DNA of 64,000 bases from Escherichia phage LH01. Position numbers and translations under genes: made by a program. This document shows positions 19,120 through 27,988 of the stretch, piece after piece; positions within the stretch are counted from its first letter, which is position 1, and every line of letters begins with the position of its first letter. The notes under the pieces are model-generated. The model was not told where the DNA came from and did no database searches. It saw nothing but the letters and a program-made list of their open reading frames with translations. The DNA lies in sequence record PP434429. One strand, 5' to 3'.

Positions 19120-20079
19120 TTATGATTTTAATGCATTCATTGCGTTAAAAAGTTTAGAATACTGCAACTGGAGATTCGTTACAACACTTTGAGCATCACG
19201 AAGCTTAGCTTGTGCTTTGTCAAGTTCAACAGACAGTTGGTCCATAGTGGCCTTGATTTGATTGTAATGGTAATCTTCGGCAGGAAGAAGGTCATTAGAA
19301 ACATTTAGTTTTACTGCCGACAGTTTGCACACATTTGGCAAACCTTTAAACATTGATTTACCCGAAGTAGAATATGCACCTAGAACTTCAGCATTGCCAA
19401 TTGGGGTTGCAGTAATTGACGCTTCGAACGTTGCATTTTCCTTTTTAAGATTTTGATAGTATTCAGAGTCTTTGTGCCACCATGGCGCAGGAACCTTTTT
19501 ACCAATAGATACACGAGCCTGGATAGCGATATGGCCCTTATTCTTGATAGGGTCGATAATATTAAGCTCACGAGAATAAATTGCTTTAATCTGGTGGATA
19601 TTATCACCTAAAACTTCCAACGCTTGGTGGAATACACGAGCAACGTTATCATTCTTAGGTTTATACGTAAGAGTGAACTCGTTCTCACTGATAACCATGA
19701 TTTCTAACTTATCGTAAGTATATTTCAAATGTTTCATGTTAATTGCTTGAGGACGAATACGAGAAGCAATGGCCATCAGATTGTTAAGGTTATTCCGGAA
19801 CTGCTTAGCGAAATATTGACCTTCACCGCCAATACAAAAATTACGAAGTTTCTGTTTGGCCAATAAACGGCTGAACTCACCATTTTTAATGAACTCTTTA
19901 ACGGGTGTGTTAGTAACGCATTCAAATTGGGTAAACATACGAGAAGTAATCCCATAATACGAACAGACTTCCTCAATCTCTTCAGGAGTCTTTACAGGCA
20001 TACGGATAGGATTAGGTCCTGGAGTATATGCGTTCGAGGTAAATTCTTTGATAAGTTCTCTACGTGTAATAAAAGCCAT
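19120..20079 (-). CDS. Hypothetical 319-aa protein with C-terminal coiled coil
   Basis: Long ORF preceded by a promoter-like cassette (~19085-19115); C-terminal coiled-coil-like segment. Confidence 0.6.
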   Translation of the reverse strand: MAFITRRELIKEFTSNAYTPGPNPIRMPVKTPEEIEEVCSYYGITSRMFTQFECVTNTPVKEFIKNGEFSRLLAKQKLRNFCIGGEGQYFAKQFRNNLNNLMAIASRIRPQAINMKHLKYTYDKLEIMVISENEFTLTYKPKNDNVARVFHQALEVLGDNIHQIKAIYSRELNIIDPIKNKGHIAIQARVSIGKKVPAPWWHKDSEYYQNLKKENATFEASITATPIGNAEVLGAYSTSGKSMFKGLPNVCKLSAVKLNVSNDLLPAEDYHYNQIKATMDQLSVELDKAQAKLRDAQSVVTNLQLQYSKLFNAMNALKS

Positions 20080-20134
20080 TTTATATTCCTCATGTTGAAA
20101 AATTTATTATACTCCAACCATCCTTGGTTGTACA

Positions 20135-21130
20135 TCATTCCTTAAGAAGTTTTACTACTTGAATAAGATTAGCTCGTTCTGTTTTATTTTTACCGTTTAA
20201 GCCTGCTAATCGTGAGATTTCATCGTCAGTCTGTTGAATAGTTACATTAAGTTCGTTAATCAAAGCTTCAAAGTATTTAATTTGCTCAGCATGTTTTGAT
20301 TCAAATTTCTGAACCGGAATAACGTCTTGGTTCAGTTCATCAATAAGGTCTTTAAGAGCATCTTCTTGGTTGATATCATATTCAACTTCTTTTATTTCTT
20401 CAACGAGCTCGTCTTTATATCTAACGTCTTTTAGTCCTGGTGCTGGTCCTGAAATCTCTTCTTTAAGAGTACAAACATACCCAATACGGTATCCAATGCC
20501 GTCTCGCTTGATATCAACTTCGTCGATAAATCCGCAATGTTTAAGACCAGAGCCAATTAGGTCAAAATATCCTTGACGTCGTCCTTCAAACGTTACACGA
20601 ACTACTAAGAAAGTTTTGCCTGCAACCTTTTGAAGCTCACATTTATAAAAGTCTGTTGAACCTGAATAACGTGGATGAGTTTTAAAGTTCATCTGACGAT
20701 CTAGGCCCATTTGTAAACGTGCTGTTACGGCCATAAAACGTGTTTGGTTCTCGTTAAGATGAGCAACAATCCATTTCAAAGGCATTTTACACTGTTCACG
20801 ACCGAACAAATCAGTACGTCCTAGATTACGCAGGATGTTGTTAGAGTTAATCATCGACAGAACGTTAAGTTTATTCAGCGCGCTGAAGATTCCGTCAGCC
20901 ATTGATTTTCCATAACCTTTACACGCTTTAATAAGTGCTCGCGGCAGATTAGTATAGATTTCAGACGGCATATGAAAATCAAATTTACTAGTCAGTAATT
21001 GATGAACTTGGATAGCAATTTGCTCATAATTAAGTGCTCTGCGATCGTTATGGTCTTTAAACCACACTTTAATCTGTGAAGCACATAAACCGTTAATTTC
21101 ATGTTTTACCGCATCAGATGTAATGCTCAT
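20135..21130 (-). CDS. Hypothetical 331-aa protein with C-terminal coiled coil
   Basis: Long ORF preceded by a promoter-like cassette (~20105-20135); C-terminal coiled-coil-like segment. Confidence 0.6.
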   Translation of the reverse strand: MSITSDAVKHEINGLCASQIKVWFKDHNDRRALNYEQIAIQVHQLLTSKFDFHMPSEIYTNLPRALIKACKGYGKSMADGIFSALNKLNVLSMINSNNILRNLGRTDLFGREQCKMPLKWIVAHLNENQTRFMAVTARLQMGLDRQMNFKTHPRYSGSTDFYKCELQKVAGKTFLVVRVTFEGRRQGYFDLIGSGLKHCGFIDEVDIKRDGIGYRIGYVCTLKEEISGPAPGLKDVRYKDELVEEIKEVEYDINQEDALKDLIDELNQDVIPVQKFESKHAEQIKYFEALINELNVTIQQTDDEISRLAGLNGKNKTERANLIQVVKLLKE

Positions 21131-21192
21131 AACTATTTCCTCAGATTGAATTGGAACTCAAAACCATTATAACCCGTCCTTGGGTAAAGCGT

Positions 21193-21720
21193 TTATGCGT
21201 GAACCGTCTTTAAACGTTCTTCAAATTTCCGAAGAGTACTAATACGTTCTGCTTTCTGTTTTGTATAGTTTGCAATACGTTCTGAAGTGAGAGCGTATCG
21301 TTCGTTTACTGTTTCTTTCATGAAGTCAGGGATTTCACGAGAAGCTTTAATTTCATCAAACTTATCGAGTACTGCCTGGTCTTCAGCGATTAAATTTTCG
21401 TACATCTCGATATCTTTCTTAATGAAGTCGATATCTTCCTGGGTTACTTTGGATAAACGAGATGCTTTATCCTTTTTGTACTGCTCGTTAGTTTCACGAG
21501 ACCAGAATAATGTACGTTTTTTGTTAGTGTTTTTGTAGACTTCCACAATTCCAACTGAATCGATGATAACAATCCAATTCCAGCGAGATTTGAAAATCTG
21601 ACCTCCATCTACGGTAATCTCGTTACCATAAGCAACGTCATTAAAGAACTTGCTCTGTGCTTCAGATTTAAATTTACCGTCGTTATAATTTACCAGGTTG
21701 AAAATATCTTTAGCGTTCAT
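21193..21720 (-). CDS. Hypothetical 175-aa protein
   Basis: ORF preceded by promoter cassette at ~21737-21778; C-terminal half is charged and helical. Confidence 0.55.
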   Translation of the reverse strand: MNAKDIFNLVNYNDGKFKSEAQSKFFNDVAYGNEITVDGGQIFKSRWNWIVIIDSVGIVEVYKNTNKKRTLFWSRETNEQYKKDKASRLSKVTQEDIDFIKKDIEMYENLIAEDQAVLDKFDEIKASREIPDFMKETVNERYALTSERIANYTKQKAERISTLRKFEERLKTVHA

Positions 21721-21778
21721 GTTTTACCTCCAGTAGTTGATAGGTCTATAATAACATAACCATAGACCTTGTAAACAA

Positions 21779-22066
21779 CTAAAAGAAACTTTTTTCGGTA
21801 TTTTTTCCACTGAACCAAACAGACTTCGGGATTTTTTGTAATTTTTCAGATTTAAGTTTCTCTTCCTGTTCTTTCTTATATACACTCTTGTCGTACTGGA
21901 GCATCTCTATGGCATTCTTTTGCAAATGATCTAAGGTAATTAAGGCTTTAGTTTTTCCTTTCAAGGAAGAGTCCTGGCGAACTTCCTCGCTATATTGCAT
22001 CGTAGAACTAACCATACGATGTGCATAGAGTTCGACTGCGGCTTTAATTTTTTGCATAAAATCCAT
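21779..22066 (-). CDS. Hypothetical protein
   Basis: 95-aa ORF; an overlapping 68-aa ORF (21961..22167) exists in another frame, so this boundary is uncertain. Confidence 0.4.
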   Translation of the reverse strand: MDFMQKIKAAVELYAHRMVSSTMQYSEEVRQDSSLKGKTKALITLDHLQKNAIEMLQYDKSVYKKEQEEKLKSEKLQKIPKSVWFSGKNTEKSFF

Positions 22067-22204
22067 AACATATCCTCTTTGATTTGTACATCATTATTTT
22101 TAAATATTTCTATGCCCTCAGTAGGTTCCTGGTGTCCTTCTTTGAGGTAAGCCATATGATTATTCATCTTTATGGCTTTTGTTACCTCAGAACTTCCTAT
22201 AAGC

Positions 22205-23206
22205 TTATTTCAGTAAAGTAACTTCCGAGATTTCTTCCCAACCATCTTTATCAGTTGAAATAAAATCTGCTACATAAAGAGCCGTACGTAATGATACATT
22301 GCGAAGACGAGATACGTTAGCCTTCATCCAGGACAATGCTTTATACGTTTCTGCATCCGTCAAGCCACGTTTCTGCATCATGTCAGTAGATAATATTACA
22401 TCTTCAACTCGAACCATAATCTCTTCATTAGAGTGTACTCCAAGGTCGAGATACACTGAACGAGATACTAAAGCTTGAAGGTGTGGAGCAAGTTTCGAAC
22501 CCCGTTCTAACTCTTTATCGATATCAACGTTTGTAATGAAAACGATAGTACCTTCAAACTCAAATTCTTTATCAATACCCTTATCCTCGAGATAAGATGA
22601 CGCAGTGCTCCAACAAACTTTGCGTTTATCTCCGGTATCTAATGCTGCTTTAAGAAGGTTCAGGATGTCCATATCTGAGAATACGTCAACGTCATCGATT
22701 AAGAGAACGCTGTCTGCATCACGGTTGAGCCAAAGTTGTTCGTAAAGGCCAATACCAGAGATTTTACCATTAATGCTTTTGTATTTGATGAAACCATTAT
22801 CATTAGCATTACTAAGTGCTTTATCCAGAGAATACGTCTTACCAATACCAGCTGCACCTGAAATAATGAGTGAACGAATTTTGCCATCGATAATGCCATT
22901 CGTCATCATGTTCATTACTTTAAAGCGTTTGTTGATACGAGTTTTCATATCTTCAGTGCTTTCAACAACTGCAACTGGTGACGTCTCAACTCCTTCCATT
23001 ACGATGTCTGATTTGAAGACCCATACTCCACGTTCAGAACCATCAATCATAACGAAAATTTTACCATCACCTAAGTGGGAACATTCAGGATTAAGCTTTG
23101 CCGGGAACCATGTCTTTGTGGCAACATAAGAACCAGAGATTTCGTTATTACGATAGATACCTTTTTTGATTTGAACGTTGAACATTTTATTCTCCAATTT
23201 ACTCAT
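22205..23206 (-). CDS. P-loop NTPase (AAA-like ATPase) of unknown function
   Basis: 333 aa; Walker A LIISGAAGIGKTYSLDKAL and Walker B-like SVLLIDDVDVF seen directly in the translation. Confidence 0.6.
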   Translation of the reverse strand: MSKLENKMFNVQIKKGIYRNNEISGSYVATKTWFPAKLNPECSHLGDGKIFVMIDGSERGVWVFKSDIVMEGVETSPVAVVESTEDMKTRINKRFKVMNMMTNGIIDGKIRSLIISGAAGIGKTYSLDKALSNANDNGFIKYKSINGKISGIGLYEQLWLNRDADSVLLIDDVDVFSDMDILNLLKAALDTGDKRKVCWSTASSYLEDKGIDKEFEFEGTIVFITNVDIDKELERGSKLAPHLQALVSRSVYLDLGVHSNEEIMVRVEDVILSTDMMQKRGLTDAETYKALSWMKANVSRLRNVSLRTALYVADFISTDKDGWEEISEVTLLK

Positions 23207-23281
23207 TTCGTTTCGATAGGTCTATAGTATCATATCCTAAAAGCATGTACACTACTTTTTAAAAATATTTTGACCCCCTAA

Positions 23282-23297
23282 AGGGACCCGAAGGTCC
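23282..23297 (-). terminator. Hairpin GGGACC-UUCG-GGUCCC downstream of the 23304..23564 gene
   Basis: Perfect 6-bp stem with tetraloop 7 nt after the stop codon; flanked by a GACCCCCTAA motif that also accompanies the 41219-41240 hairpin. Confidence 0.4.
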
Positions 23298-23303
23298 CCA
23301 CAT

Positions 23304-23564
23304 TTACTTATCGCACTTAGCAACATAATTAGGCATATCACAGAATACGGAGCGTGTAACTACTCGACCCTTTGACCATGCTTCAGTTGCTTGTCCGGCA
23401 GTGCTATTAATATAGCTCGATTTGATATTCTCAATACCCTGAGAATGTGATGCATTTACCGAACCGTTGGAAGGCCCAGAAGACTGGTTACCACCAGCTC
23501 CTGTGGTAGCACCAACAGAGAATGCCATCATTACTGCGAATAAACCAATTGCTAATTTTTTCAT
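23304..23564 (-). CDS. Small secreted protein (signal peptide, C-terminal Cys pair)
   Basis: 86 aa; N-terminus MKKLAIGLFAVMMAFSVGA is signal-peptide-like; Gly/Ser/Asn-rich middle; two cysteines near the C-terminus. Confidence 0.5.
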   Translation of the reverse strand: MKKLAIGLFAVMMAFSVGATTGAGGNQSSGPSNGSVNASHSQGIENIKSSYINSTAGQATEAWSKGRVVTRSVFCDMPNYVAKCDK

Positions 23565-23595
23565 ATTTACCTCAAGTTAAGGGTTATTTATCTAC

Positions 23596-24585
23596 TTATT
23601 TATAGTAAGAATTATGATTTTCGAGATAGACTTGCTCAAGGAAATCATCCCAGAAACTCATATCTACTTTTTGTTGCATACCATTCTTGGCAGCTTGTTC
23701 TGACGCATGTTCAACTTGGTCAACGATATCTTCTAGGAATTCTTGTACAGTTTTAAACGTATGTTTACCAAGCTTAACATCGAGAATAAATGGAGCATCC
23801 TGAAGTGGGTAAACCAGGTCGCCGGTTTTGTAAATTTCCAATAATTGAAGTCCACCACGACATGCATGACTCAATGCTTTCCAGTCAATACCTTCGTTAG
23901 CTTCTGCTTTACGAGCACGTTCACCATAGTTCTCTTCCAGTTTAACCAGGATAGCATTGAACTCTTTATTGGTTAACGTGTCTTGGAATTTACGGTCTAA
24001 CAGACTATAGAATGTTTGCTTACCTGTTTTCTCGTTTTCGGTTTCAACCCACGAAGCAAATTCACCTACAGGCAGAACATTCTTCATATGTGATAAACGA
24101 ATTACTGCACCATTATCAAAGTATTGTCCCCATTCATTAGAACGTTTAAGGGCTTGACGAAGAACAGCCAGTCGAGAACCCTTGACACCGTATTTAGAAG
24201 CTTGCTTACGGACATACCCTAAATAAGATTTCATGTTAGTGGTATAGAAACGAGACCTGTTATCTTGAATATACTTCCATACATCAGGCAAATCAGATTT
24301 AACTATTAGACTTGGTGGAGTGTGAAGCATATCTAATGCGACAGTTTCACCATCTGCAGCTAGTTTAAAGAAATATTTGAGACTATATAACTCATGGTCC
24401 ACATCGTCTTTTGTGTTCTTAGAAGATGTGTTATTCGTGTTCTTGCTCATATGTTCTTTAACGTTACCGGTCAAAATATCACGAGCATGAGGGACATAAA
24501 TTTCTTTAAAATCGACGTCAGATTCAGGAGTAGACGTTCCATAAAGGTGGCTACCAAAGTAGCTTTTCATAATTGTTTTCATCAT
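23596..24585 (-). CDS. Nucleotidyltransferase-fold protein (pol-beta superfamily signature GS...D.D)
   Basis: 329 aa; N-terminal YFGSHLYGTSTPESDVDFKEIYV fits the minimal nucleotidyltransferase motif hG[GS]x9-13Dh[DE]h; a candidate third acidic residue lies in ETVALDMLH. Confidence 0.5.
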   Translation of the reverse strand: MMKTIMKSYFGSHLYGTSTPESDVDFKEIYVPHARDILTGNVKEHMSKNTNNTSSKNTKDDVDHELYSLKYFFKLAADGETVALDMLHTPPSLIVKSDLPDVWKYIQDNRSRFYTTNMKSYLGYVRKQASKYGVKGSRLAVLRQALKRSNEWGQYFDNGAVIRLSHMKNVLPVGEFASWVETENEKTGKQTFYSLLDRKFQDTLTNKEFNAILVKLEENYGERARKAEANEGIDWKALSHACRGGLQLLEIYKTGDLVYPLQDAPFILDVKLGKHTFKTVQEFLEDIVDQVEHASEQAAKNGMQQKVDMSFWDDFLEQVYLENHNSYYK

Positions 24586-25055
24586 TTAGCCTTATATTCA
24601 AGAGTAGGACAGACTTTTTCTTTACGAGCTTTAAGGTATTCACCTATTAATGATTTCTTACGTTCAATAGGCTCAAGTCCATTTTTAATTCGTTCTTGGT
24701 TTTGCGCAATGAGCTCAATTTCTTTATAATATTTTCTGTCGTTATATTTGTCTAACAACCAAGACGGACCAATTACTAACCCGGTAGCAATAAAAGCCAT
24801 GACTGCTACAATTAAAATGCCTACACCAATTGAGGCTGGAACTAATGTCCATAGACTGCTAAAAACAAAGAATTTAGTTAAAATTTCGTGGCCAAAGATT
24901 GTGACTGCTGCTAAAATCGCAAATCCAATAATTGAAACAGCCAATACCGGGATTAACGTTTTCCAAAAATAAGCACACAACGTTTTCGGACGATTCCATG
25001 TACTATTGAACGCGGCATAAATTTTAAAGTGCCAAGAGTTTTCATTGATAATCAT
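24582..25055 (-). CDS. Membrane protein (2-3 transmembrane helices)
   Basis: 157 aa; hydrophobic segments LIPVLAVSIIGFAILAAVTIFG and LWTLVPASIGVGILIVAVMAFIATGLVIG. Confidence 0.5.
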   Translation of the reverse strand: MIINENSWHFKIYAAFNSTWNRPKTLCAYFWKTLIPVLAVSIIGFAILAAVTIFGHEILTKFFVFSSLWTLVPASIGVGILIVAVMAFIATGLVIGPSWLLDKYNDRKYYKEIELIAQNQERIKNGLEPIERKKSLIGEYLKARKEKVCPTLEYKAK

Positions 25056-25064
25056 AATAATTCC

Positions 25065-25607
25065 TTATTTCAAAGTTGGGATAATAGAATCGAGATAAGC
25101 TTTAAGAGCAACTGCTTCATCTTTGTCTAATGTAACGATATGTTGACGAAGGTCATCAATTTGACGAATAACTACAACATCGCCATCTTCATAAGAAGGA
25201 TTAACGCCTAGGACTGTTGTATAGTCAGGGCGGTCCTGATTTGTAATAAAAGCATTACGGCATTTAGCCCATTGAAGTTTGGCCTTTTTGGCTATTTCAG
25301 ATTCCATTAATTCTTTCACCTTAGTGACGAATGTTTTCCAATTATTGATAGAAAGGCATTCATCTTCTGTTTCGATATTAACCCCACTATAAAGACCGTG
25401 ATAAAAACGAACTTGAAGGTCTTCATCGATGTTAATTACAGATGCATGGCCTGGCGGATTGAGTTTCAAAATCTTGTCCAGTTCCATAGGAAGAATAGTA
25501 ACAGAATCATCTTCTTGTGTCAGAACGTAAGCATAACCACGTTTTTCGATACATAAATCACCAAACAACTCGGTTGTTTCAATTACAATTTTCATATTAT
25601 TCACCAA
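25065..25607 (-). CDS. Hypothetical 180-aa protein
   Basis: ORF, co-oriented, 9-nt gap to the downstream gene. Confidence 0.5.
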   Translation of the reverse strand: MVNNMKIVIETTELFGDLCIEKRGYAYVLTQEDDSVTILPMELDKILKLNPPGHASVINIDEDLQVRFYHGLYSGVNIETEDECLSINNWKTFVTKVKELMESEIAKKAKLQWAKCRNAFITNQDRPDYTTVLGVNPSYEDGDVVVIRQIDDLRQHIVTLDKDEAVALKAYLDSIIPTLK

Positions 25608-25776
25608 TTAAAGTTTCAACAAAATTCACCAAAGCATTCTGGCACGCATCAACCTGATTTTCATAAAAGTCTCCGTTATCATTTACCGCGTGATAAGCTA
25701 CATCATTCAAATCTGAATCGGCTTCACGTAGGTCACGGATAAGGTCCATCAATTTATTAGCTTGTTCACGGGTCAT
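25597..25776 (-). CDS. Small hypothetical protein (~59 aa), not in ORF track
   Basis: Hand translation MTREQANKLMDLIRDLREADSDLNDVAYHAVNDNGDFYENQVDACQNALVNFVETLIGE; weakly resembles the small ORF at 26161..26334. Confidence 0.3.
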   Translation of the reverse strand: MTREQANKLMDLIRDLREADSDLNDVAYHAVNDNGDFYENQVDACQNALVNFVETLIGE

Positions 25777-25902
25777 TTTACCATACTCGTTTCAATAAGA
25801 TTCACTATGCCGTTTACCATGTTATAAGTAAACATCGGATAATTGTATTGTACTACAACATAAGCGATAAGCAAAAGTTTCATTTTGTTCTCCGTTTGTT
25901 TT

Positions 25903-25943
25903 GGTAGGACTACTATAACATAGTCCTACCAAGATGTAAACTA
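25903..25943 (-). promoter_or_regulatory. Early-promoter-like cassette (GTTTAC-N17-TATAGT on minus strand) embedded in palindrome GGTAGGACTA...TAGTCCTACC
   Basis: Minus strand reads GTTTACATCTTGGTAGGACTATGTTATAGTAGTCCTACC; member of a recurring intergenic family. Coordinates approximate. Confidence 0.4.
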
Positions 25944-26174
25944 CCGATTGTGTTTTAAATGTTGATAAAGTTCTTCAACTTGTTTTGGGTCTAAAACAAT
26001 TAGGTCATTTTCTTGACGAAGATAAATCCATCCCTTATCCCCAGGACCATTTTTACAAAACATTGCCACCATATCATCATCTTCAGCGCTTTCAGGTAAA
26101 AGTTCAACCACACCGTCTTCAGATTTTCCGGTATAATCGTAAAGCATAATATCCTCACATAATCTCGTTAACAT
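25941..26174 (-). CDS. Hypothetical protein
   Basis: 77-aa acidic ORF. Confidence 0.45.
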   Translation of the reverse strand: MLTRLCEDIMLYDYTGKSEDGVVELLPESAEDDDMVAMFCKNGPGDKGWIYLRQENDLIVLDPKQVEELYQHLKHNR

Positions 26175-26334
26175 ACATTTGCAATTCAGTGTGGGCGTCG
26201 GCCATCTTTTTCATAGCTCTGTTAATGTCGATGTCTCCATCTTCGCACCCGTGAGCATTTTCCCAATCAGATACCGCATTAGCATACTCTTCAATCAAAA
26301 ACATCAACTTAGAAATCTTTTCTTTACGTGTCAT
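26161..26334 (-). CDS. Small hypothetical protein (~58 aa), not in ORF track
   Basis: Hand translation MTRKEKISKLMFLIEEYANAVSDWENAHGCEDGDIDINRAMKKMADAHTELQMYVNEIM with GGAGAA SD. Confidence 0.3.
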
Positions 26335-26402
26335 AGCGTTCTCCTATAGTAAGTAAGGACTACTATAACACAACCTGAGGAGAAGTAAACTGATAGATGC
26401 CA

Positions 26403-26429
26403 AAAAGCCCCAACCATAAGGAAGGGGCT
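26403..26429 (-). terminator. Intrinsic terminator (AGCCCCUUCC...GGUUGGGGCU then U-tract) after the 26436..26738 gene
   Basis: Minus strand AGCCCCUUCCUUAUGGUUGGGGCUUUUUG directly after the stop codon; nearly identical in architecture to the terminator at 41908-41936. Confidence 0.55.
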
Positions 26430-26435
26430 AGTAAA

Positions 26436-26738
26436 TTAGATAGATGTAGGCTCTAATTTTATTTTCATGAACTCAGCAAATTGTCTGGCAGTTTTTATGC
26501 CTTGTTCATGACATTCAAATGCATCATCACAGGGGCTATTTTTGTAATGCTTTGCCATATACTTATAGAATTTTTCAGAATTCTCGACATTTTGAATTTC
26601 AAACAAAGTATATACGTTTTTAATCCCTGATTCCATAAAGTTATCAAAATATGGGTCAATATGTGCAGTACCAACGATAGGAGTTGTTGCTGCAAAAAAC
26701 CCCAGCATCGCCATGACAGCTATCGCTCTTAAGGCCAT
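26436..26738 (-). CDS. Small secreted protein (signal peptide, Cys-containing)
   Basis: 100 aa; N-terminus MALRAIAVMAMLGFFAATTPIVGTA is signal-peptide-like; cysteines in ...SPCDDAFECHEQG.... Confidence 0.5.
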   Translation of the reverse strand: MALRAIAVMAMLGFFAATTPIVGTAHIDPYFDNFMESGIKNVYTLFEIQNVENSEKFYKYMAKHYKNSPCDDAFECHEQGIKTARQFAEFMKIKLEPTSI

Positions 26739-26750
26739 ATAGGCCTCCTG

Positions 26751-26963
26751 TTAATTTTGGCCAGTATTTATTTTTCGCCTTTGGACGGCCTTAACATCTG
26801 CGAGGTATTTTTCCAGCTTGCGCTTGCGTGTATAATCAGCTTTAGAACCAGTTTGACGGATATCCTCGTTTAAATGAGAAATAGAATGTCCTAATTCTCT
26901 TCGGATTTCATCCAATTGGGTTACAGTAAGATTACGAAGTTGTCTTTCGTTTAATTGCTGCAT
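26751..26963 (-). CDS. Hypothetical basic protein
   Basis: 70-aa ORF immediately downstream of tk. Confidence 0.45.
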   Translation of the reverse strand: MQQLNERQLRNLTVTQLDEIRRELGHSISHLNEDIRQTGSKADYTRKRKLEKYLADVKAVQRRKINTGQN

Positions 26964-26990
26964 ATATACCTCTTGGTTAGATATTAGTAT

Positions 26991-27572
26991 TTATAACAAC
27001 CCTGTCAAATCATTCCAATGCTTCCGGCATAATGACACATATCTATCGGTATCACCAATTTCAATTTGACTGCCATCTGTAATTGGAAGTCCGTCTTCCG
27101 TGACTCTAGCTACCATTGTGGCCTTTTTACCGCAATGACAGACACCTTTAAGTTCAACAAGCTTATCGGCAATAGCCATTAATGCTTGAGAACCTTCAAA
27201 TAGATTACCTTTAAAATCTGTTCGTAGTCCATATGCCATTACCGGCACATTGTATACGTCAACAATACGACTAAGTTGATACACCTTTTCAGTAGTTAAG
27301 AACTGAGCTTCGTCAACAAATACACAGTGAATATCCTTTTGTGCTGCAGCCCATTTATAGAATTCAAAGATATCCATGTCTTTTGTAATTATATTGGCAT
27401 CCTGACGAATACCAATACGAGAGACTATTTCACCTTTTGAATCACGAGTATCAATAGCCGGTTTAAGAACTAATACACCCATGCCACGTTCTTTATAGTT
27501 ATGTGCGGCAGTAAGTAATGAAGCAGACTTACCAGCGTTCATAGCGGCATATGTAAAAATTAAACTAGCCAT
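26991..27572 (-). CDS. tk: Thymidine kinase
   Basis: 193 aa as in T4 Tk; P-loop MNAGKSASLL and C-terminal Zn-binding cysteines CHCGKKA...CRKH. Confidence 0.9.
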   Translation of the reverse strand: MASLIFTYAAMNAGKSASLLTAAHNYKERGMGVLVLKPAIDTRDSKGEIVSRIGIRQDANIITKDMDIFEFYKWAAAQKDIHCVFVDEAQFLTTEKVYQLSRIVDVYNVPVMAYGLRTDFKGNLFEGSQALMAIADKLVELKGVCHCGKKATMVARVTEDGLPITDGSQIEIGDTDRYVSLCRKHWNDLTGLL

Positions 27573-27581
27573 AAGAGTCCC

Positions 27582-27764
27582 TTATAGTGAATTCACGTAG
27601 TCAATGAGTTCTTGTTCTTTCCTGTCAAATGATTCCAACAATGCTTGATATTCTTCATCTGTTAAAGGAGCATATTCATCGTACGCATTGGTGGCTGCTT
27701 GCTCATCCAATAGGTCATGGATAAGTTCGAACAGTTTAGTTTTCTCTTCTTTAGTCAATTTCAT
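27582..27764 (-). CDS. Small acidic hypothetical protein
   Basis: 60-aa ORF. Confidence 0.45.
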   Translation of the reverse strand: MKLTKEEKTKLFELIHDLLDEQAATNAYDEYAPLTDEEYQALLESFDRKEQELIDYVNSL

Positions 27765-27988
27765 TTAGGTTCACCTTCTTTAACGAAATCTGGGTAAGGG
27801 TAAAATCCTGAGTAAAACCCTTCACCTTTATGATTGCTACAACCTTTGTTCGAACAGTAACACCAATAATCAAAATCACAGGCCATTTCGTCATTGCATA
27901 GAGCAAAAACTACAGGCCATTCGCATTTTTCGCATTTAGCACCTGTAAGAATTTTTGTTTGACTCATAACCACGTCACCTGCATGCAA
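27761..27988 (-). CDS. Cysteine-rich small protein (possible metal-binding)
   Basis: 75 aa with 9 cysteines, including CEKCEW and CDFDYWCYCSNKGCSNHKG. Confidence 0.45.
   Translation of the reverse strand: MHAGDVVMSQTKILTGAKCEKCEWPVVFALCNDEMACDFDYWCYCSNKGCSNHKGEGFYSGFYPYPDFVKEGEPK

Noticed and set aside
21961-22167. 68-aa ORF overlapping 21779..22066
   Set aside because: It overlaps the neighbour by about 100 nt in another frame; only one of the two is likely real and this one has the weaker start context.
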